Of a DNA stretch of 64,000 bases, positions 59,525 to 64,000 are shown piece after piece. The DNA lies in assembly GCA_963675745.2 (NCBI GenBank), contig CAXXWX010000026.1, positions 160,001-224,000 on the forward strand, in the 5' to 3' direction. This stretch comes from Phycisphaerae bacterium. Its GTDB lineage: Bacteria > Planctomycetota > Phycisphaerae > UBA1845 > Fen-1342. Position numbers and translations under genes: made by a program. Position 1 is the stretch's first letter. Every line of letters begins with the position of its first letter. The notes beneath the pieces are model-generated. The model did no database searches. It was not told where the DNA came from and saw only the letters and a list, made by a program, of their open reading frames with translations.

Positions 59525-59644
59525 TCAGCCGTGCTTCTTGGCCTCCTTTTTCTCCCTCTTCGCCTTGCGCTTCTCTGCCTGAGTACGCTTGGCCACTTTC
59601 TGTTGCTCCTTCCTGCCCTTGTCCCTTTTCCCCTTGTCACCCAT
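59525..59644 (-). CDS. small very basic protein (39 aa)
   Basis: AAGGAG RBS before ATG 59644. Sequence MGDKGKRDKGRKEQQKVAKRTQAEKRKAKREKKEAKKHG. Confidence 0.65.
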   Translation of the reverse strand: MGDKGKRDKGRKEQQKVAKRTQAEKRKAKREKKEAKKHG

Positions 59645-59978
59645 TTGCGTTTCTCCTTGCCAGAAAACAACCTGCGCCGGAAATCGCGCAGGAACTGTGT
59701 TCCGAAAATCAATCTCCGACCATTGTAGCCGCCCAACCTCTGGAACGCCCCACTCCCGAAGACGAGTCTGAATCGAGTAATTGGCGCCTCGACGCAAGTG
59801 CGGCGGAGGACGCCGTTGTGTCAAGTGAGTAAAATCGGTAAGCCGCCAACGGTCTGCCGACCGTCAGGCAGGCGCCTCTGTAACCGTTCTGTTCCGCACG
59901 GCGAGGATCAATGCGAACAGGCCGGGCCGGGGCGACGTGTGGAAGTTGGCCGATTCCAACGATTCGGGAGCCAGTCTC

Positions 59979-61871
59979 ATGCGATCACGATCTGATGAAC
60001 TGCTGGCGCGCATCCAAATGCCCGCGGGCGCCGAGGACATCCTCCAGCACAACGCTGCGCGCACAATCGCCGTTCCCCGCGATCGTGCCGAGCTGATCGA
60101 GCTGTCACTTGGCGGAGCGCAGGATCGCTTCGAGGTGTCATACGACGTGCCGGGGCGCGATCCGGTGGTGGAAGCGGAAGTGTCACGCGCGCGAAACGGC
60201 GTGGCGGTCAATATGCCGGAGGCCTACATGCGGCGGCGCGACCCCGACTGCATGGTCGTCGCCGATGACGAGCCGTCGGACAAACCGCGCTTCGCCGACC
60301 GCTTCGACACACCCTTCGCGAATTGGCGCACCGAGATCTTCGCCTGGCTGGCCCAGCAGTCGCTCATCGTGCTGCCCTTCCGCGCCGGCCGACGCGAATC
60401 GAACTACGATGCGCTGCTGATCGCGCCGGCAAACGCCGCCTTCTTCGCAACCTCGCTGGCGGACCTGCAAGGCATGCTCACTCCCGACGAGTTGCCCGCC
60501 ACATTCGCGCCGCGCGCCGTCATCTATGTCGCCCCCCCATTCCGCCACACGCACTGCGACGGTAAGCAGGTGGTCATCCACCACCGCCTGGCGGACGTAC
60601 ACGAGGTGTTCGCTCTCAACCTGTACCCCGGCCCCAGCGCGAAGAAAGGCGTGTATGGCGTGCTGTTGGCGATCGGCGCCAAAGAAGGCTGGATCACCGC
60701 CCACGCCTCCACCGTCCAGGTCATCACGCCCTATGACCACGTCACCACCATCATGCACGAAGGGGCCAGCGGCGGCGGCAAGAGCGAGATGCTCGAATAC
60801 GCACACCGCGAGCGCGACGGGCGGCTGCTGCTGGGTCACAATCTGATCACCGACGAGGAAGTCTTCCTGGCGCTGCCGCGCGGCTGCGAGCTGCGCCCGG
60901 TGACCGACGACATGACCTCCTGCCATCCAAGCATCCAGAACAACAGCGGACGCCTGGTCGTGGCCGACGCCGAGGACGGTTGGTTCCTGCGCATCAATCA
61001 CATCGACGGCTATGGCGTCGGCCCGCATCTGGAGAAGCTCTGCGTGCAGCCGCCTGAGCCGCTGATCTTCCTTAACCTGTACGCCGTACCGCGGGCAACC
61101 TGCCTGATCTGGGAACACACCGAAGACGCCCCGGGCGTCCCCTGCTCCAATCCCCGCGTCATTCTGCCCCGCCGGGTCGTGCCCGGCATCGTCAACGACC
61201 CCGTCGAGGTGGACGTGCGCAGCTTTGGCATACGCACGCCGCCGTACTCGGCCGACAGTCCGTCATACGGCATCGTGGGCATGCTGCACGTATTGCCACC
61301 GGCGCTGGCCTGGATCTGGCGGCTCGTCGCGCCCCGGGGCTATGCCAATCCGAGCATCACCGACTCGGCCGGGTTAAGTAGCGAAGGTGTCGGTTCCTAC
61401 TGGCCGTTTGCCACCGGCCGCCAGGTCCACCAGGCGAACCTGCTGCTGAATCAGATTCGCGCGACACCCAAGACGCGTTTCGTGTTGATCCCCAACCAGC
61501 ACATCGGGTGCTGGCATGTCGGGTTTATGCCGGAGTGGATCGGGCGCGAGTACATCGCCCGGCGGAGCGGCGCCCGCTTCCGTCCCGATCAGGTAACGCC
61601 GGCCCGCTGCCCGCTGCTGGGCCACACGCTGACCTCCATGCTGGTCGAGGGCATACAGATCAACCCGTGGTTCCTACAGGTGGAACTCCAACCCGAAGTC
61701 GGCACCAGCGGCTACGACGCTGGTGCGCGCGTACTCGCCGAGTTCTTTCGCCGCGAATTGGCCCCGTATCTGGAAGAGACAGACCTGGACCCGCTCGGCC
61801 GGCGGATCATCGAATGCTGCCAAGACGGCGGGACGGTCGAGGATTACATCGCGCTGCTCGGCGTGGACTGA
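59979..61871 (+). CDS. DUF4914-like protein (PEPCK-like P-loop)
   Basis: YMRRRDPDCM, LYPGPSAKKGVYG, HEGASGGGKSEM (Walker A), VTDDM and GVGSYWPFATG. Confidence 0.8.
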   Translation: MRSRSDELLARIQMPAGAEDILQHNAARTIAVPRDRAELIELSLGGAQDRFEVSYDVPGRDPVVEAEVSRARNGVAVNMPEAYMRRRDPDCMVVADDEPSDKPRFADRFDTPFANWRTEIFAWLAQQSLIVLPFRAGRRESNYDALLIAPANAAFFATSLADLQGMLTPDELPATFAPRAVIYVAPPFRHTHCDGKQVVIHHRLADVHEVFALNLYPGPSAKKGVYGVLLAIGAKEGWITAHASTVQVITPYDHVTTIMHEGASGGGKSEMLEYAHRERDGRLLLGHNLITDEEVFLALPRGCELRPVTDDMTSCHPSIQNNSGRLVVADAEDGWFLRINHIDGYGVGPHLEKLCVQPPEPLIFLNLYAVPRATCLIWEHTEDAPGVPCSNPRVILPRRVVPGIVNDPVEVDVRSFGIRTPPYSADSPSYGIVGMLHVLPPALAWIWRLVAPRGYANPSITDSAGLSSEGVGSYWPFATGRQVHQANLLLNQIRATPKTRFVLIPNQHIGCWHVGFMPEWIGREYIARRSGARFRPDQVTPARCPLLGHTLTSMLVEGIQINPWFLQVELQPEVGTSGYDAGARVLAEFFRRELAPYLEETDLDPLGRRIIECCQDGGTVEDYIALLGVD

Positions 61872-61975
61872 AAAGCGCGGCCAGGATGGGGTCTGCGACC
61901 GGTCGGCCGGGTGCCACGCGCCCGAGTCGATGACGTTCAGGAGAACACCGACCACCGACCCCCTGGTGCGGACAC

Positions 61976-62003
61976 AAAAAAGGCCGGGCTGTAACACCCG
62001 GCC
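61976..62003 (-). terminator. Rho-independent terminator after rpsG
   Basis: Minus strand GGCCGGG-tgttacag-CCCGGCC-TTTTTT, about 20 nt after the rpsG stop. Confidence 0.85.
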
Positions 62004-62024
62004 AAAGCGTCGATTGAGTTCTTC

Positions 62025-62510
62025 TTAGCGCCTGCTCCAGGCGAAATGCGCAAAGGCCTTGTTTGCGTCGGCCATGCGGTGGACGTTGTCGCGCGTCTGC
62101 ATCGCGGTCCCCTCGCGTTTGAACGCCGCGAGAATCTCATCGGCCAGCCGGTTCGCCATCGGACGGCCGCCCTTGGCGCGGATAGCTTGCAGGATCCAGC
62201 GGATGGCGAGCGACTGACGCCGCTTTGGATTCACCTGGATCGGCACCTGGTAGTTGGCACCACCGACACGACGCGAACGCACCTCAATTGCCGGCTTGAC
62301 ATTCTCGAGGGCCGTCTCGAAAACCTCGATCGGCGGCGTGTCGCTGATCTTCTTGCCGACCAAGTCCAGCGCGTCATAGAAAACCCGCTTAGCCACCGAC
62401 TTCTTGCCGTCCAACATCAGGCAGTTCATGAACTTGGCGGCCAGCTTGCTGCCGTACCGCTCGTCCGGCTGGAGCTGCTTGGCCGATGCTGTAAAGCGCT
62501 TATACGCCAT
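62025..62510 (-). CDS. rpsG: 30S ribosomal protein S7
   Basis: [25 protein letters not shown] and [13 protein letters not shown]. Confidence 0.98.
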   Translation of the reverse strand: MAYKRFTASAKQLQPDERYGSKLAAKFMNCLMLDGKKSVAKRVFYDALDLVGKKISDTPPIEVFETALENVKPAIEVRSRRVGGANYQVPIQVNPKRRQSLAIRWILQAIRAKGGRPMANRLADEILAAFKREGTAMQTRDNVHRMADANKAFAHFAWSRR

Positions 62511-62536
62511 GTGTCACCCACAAATGCGTGTCTTGG

Positions 62537-62926
62537 TTACTTCTTCCGTTTGACCCCATACTTACTGCGCCCGCGGTTGCGGCCTTTGCCTTCTTTGTCG
62601 GTGCTGACCGCCGCGGTATCCAGCGCGCCGCGCACGATATGGTAGCGGACACCCGGCAAGTCGCGCACACGCCCACCACGCACGAGCACAATCGAGTGCT
62701 CCTGCAGGTTGTGGTCTACGCCGGGAATATAGGCGGTGACCTCGCGGCCGTTGGTCAGTCGCACACGAGCGACCTTTCGCAGTGCCGAGTTGGGCTTCTT
62801 GGGCGTCTGGGTCTTGACCAGCAGGCAAACGCCGCGACGCTGCGGACACTGGTCCAGATCGCGCACCTTGGACTTGGCAATTACCCGCCGTCGCGACCTG
62901 CGTACCAATTGGTTGATTGTCGGCAT
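62537..62926 (-). CDS. rpsL: 30S ribosomal protein S12
   Basis: [34 protein letters not shown] and [12 protein letters not shown]. Confidence 0.98.
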   Translation of the reverse strand: MPTINQLVRRSRRRVIAKSKVRDLDQCPQRRGVCLLVKTQTPKKPNSALRKVARVRLTNGREVTAYIPGVDHNLQEHSIVLVRGGRVRDLPGVRYHIVRGALDTAAVSTDKEGKGRNRGRSKYGVKRKK

Positions 62927-62997
62927 AAGTCCTCTCACTCGGACACCAGCCGGCCACACCGCGCTGCTGTCTCCCTGAACCAATCGCAAGACGGGCC

Positions 62998-63026
62998 AGT
63001 ATAAGCGGCTCCCCGATGGATGCCAA
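62998..63026 (-). promoter_or_regulatory. sigma70-type promoter for rpsL-rpsG
   Basis: Minus strand TTGGCA-17 bp-TATACT, about 70 bp upstream of rpsL. Confidence 0.75.
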
Positions 63027-63139
63027 GTCCACCAGAGTACAAAAATGGCCCTGGCGAAGCGCGCGGCCGCTGGACCGTCGGTGGGGCCGCCGGGCGCGCC
63101 TGACCGGCAGAGACTTGGTCGAGAAGGGCGATATCCCGC

Positions 63140-63541
63140 TCAGTGAACGAGGTTCGGGAGCGTTATCCACCCATTGCCGTACTGCCTGGGGATTTCAACG
63201 GCTTCCCGCGCCGGCCGAACGCGACCAAGCCCGATGAGAACGCCGTAGCGGCAGCGTAGCCGCTCTTCCCAATACTCGGCGGAGGCGCAGATCTGGCCCC
63301 CGTGGATCGTTCGAATGAAATCGACGCGTTCGGGGGTCAGCTCGTCGTACTGGCGTACGTACTGCGCGCGGCAACTTCCGATAATGCCGCCGCCGGCAAG
63401 CTTGAAGTGGATCAGTTGACCAGTCCCGATCAGGCCGTACGGCGCCCGCCGTGTCTGCGAAAACCGGGATTCTATGGTCTTTGACCCGTCGAGCAGCCGC
63501 TCGGCGGTCTGTGGGTCAACAATCGCAATGTGCTCGATCAC
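63140..63541 (-). CDS. ASCH (PUA-like) domain protein
   Basis: LLDGSKTIESR matches the ASCH GxKxxExR motif. GTG 63541 follows GGAG; start uncertain. Confidence 0.75.
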   Translation of the reverse strand: MIEHIAIVDPQTAERLLDGSKTIESRFSQTRRAPYGLIGTGQLIHFKLAGGGIIGSCRAQYVRQYDELTPERVDFIRTIHGGQICASAEYWEERLRCRYGVLIGLGRVRPAREAVEIPRQYGNGWITLPNLVH

Positions 63542-63644
63542 GATCACAATCTCCACACGCGCAGGCAACCGGTGGCCGCGTGTCGAGATGAATATCGTCT
63601 GGCTCGGCTGGGGCAGATACCCGTGAGTTGTGGCGTCGGCGTGA

Positions 63645-64000
63645 TCAGCTGCCGTGGTTGACCTTCAGCATCCAGATTTCACTGCCCTCAGCACTGAAGG
63701 CCACCTTGGTCATATATGACTGCATCAACATCAGACCACGCCCGCTCGGACGCTCGAGATTTTCCTCGGCCGTCGGATCAGGGATTTCGTCGGGAACAAA
63801 CCCCCCACCCTCGTCGCGCACCATCACCACCGTTCGCTCGGCGTCAACGTAATAGCGAACCGTGATCCGCTTGCTCGGGTCATTGCGGTTACCGTGCTTG
63901 ACCGCGTTGGTCAGCGCTTCTTCGAGCGACAGCTTGATGGCGAATATCGTGTCCGCGTCGTAACCATGGCTGACCACGGCCGCCAGAATACGCTCCTCCG
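63645..64000 (-). CDS. anti-sigma factor Ser/Thr kinase (RsbW/SpoIIAB-like, HATPase_c_2), 5' end beyond the window
   Basis: LEEALTNAVKHG (N box), DEGGGF (G1) and SGRGLMLM (G2). Confidence 0.92.
   Translation of the reverse strand, partial: EERILAAVVSHGYDADTIFAIKLSLEEALTNAVKHGNRNDPSKRITVRYYVDAERTVVMVRDEGGGFVPDEIPDPTAEENLERPSGRGLMLMQSYMTKVAFSAEGSEIWMLKVNHGS

Overview
GC-rich bacterial window, most likely Planctomycetota of class Phycisphaerae. This is inferred from a DUF1559/H-X9-DG prepilin-like gene, PEP-CTERM proteins, C-terminal dockerin-like Ca-loop domains and a CxxCGYDLRG...CPECG zinc-ribbon membrane protein. Left to right it holds: an RND efflux pair; a GapN-type aldehyde dehydrogenase with a disrupted 3' end; a giant lipoprotein multiheme cytochrome c (46 CxxCH + 1 CX4CH counted by eye, built on five near-identical 585-bp hexaheme repeats); a convergent, frameshift-fragmented surface protein with about 14 FN3-like repeats and a C-type lectin domain; a GHL10 hydrolase; a non-pyrrolysine MttB plus corrinoid protein pair; a LacI-associated beta-glucan locus (GH1, DUF1559 pilin-like, GH5, PEP-CTERM, CBM-repeat protein, GH30); further CAZymes (VPS10/BNR, GH20, BNR sialidase-like, GH78); MscS; a D-aminoacylase/beta-lactamase-family fusion; a DUF4914-like gene; a stand-alone rpsL-rpsG operon with its own promoter and terminator; ASCH; and an RsbW-like gene. 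Two REP-like palindromic elements lie in intergenic DNA. No rRNA, tRNA, CRISPR array or transposase was recognised. The strongest novelty candidates are the repeat-expanded 47-heme cytochrome and the SusCD-free, pilin-like-protein-centred polysaccharide locus. Several frameshifts may be assembly errors. All family calls are motif recognition by eye; no database searches were run.
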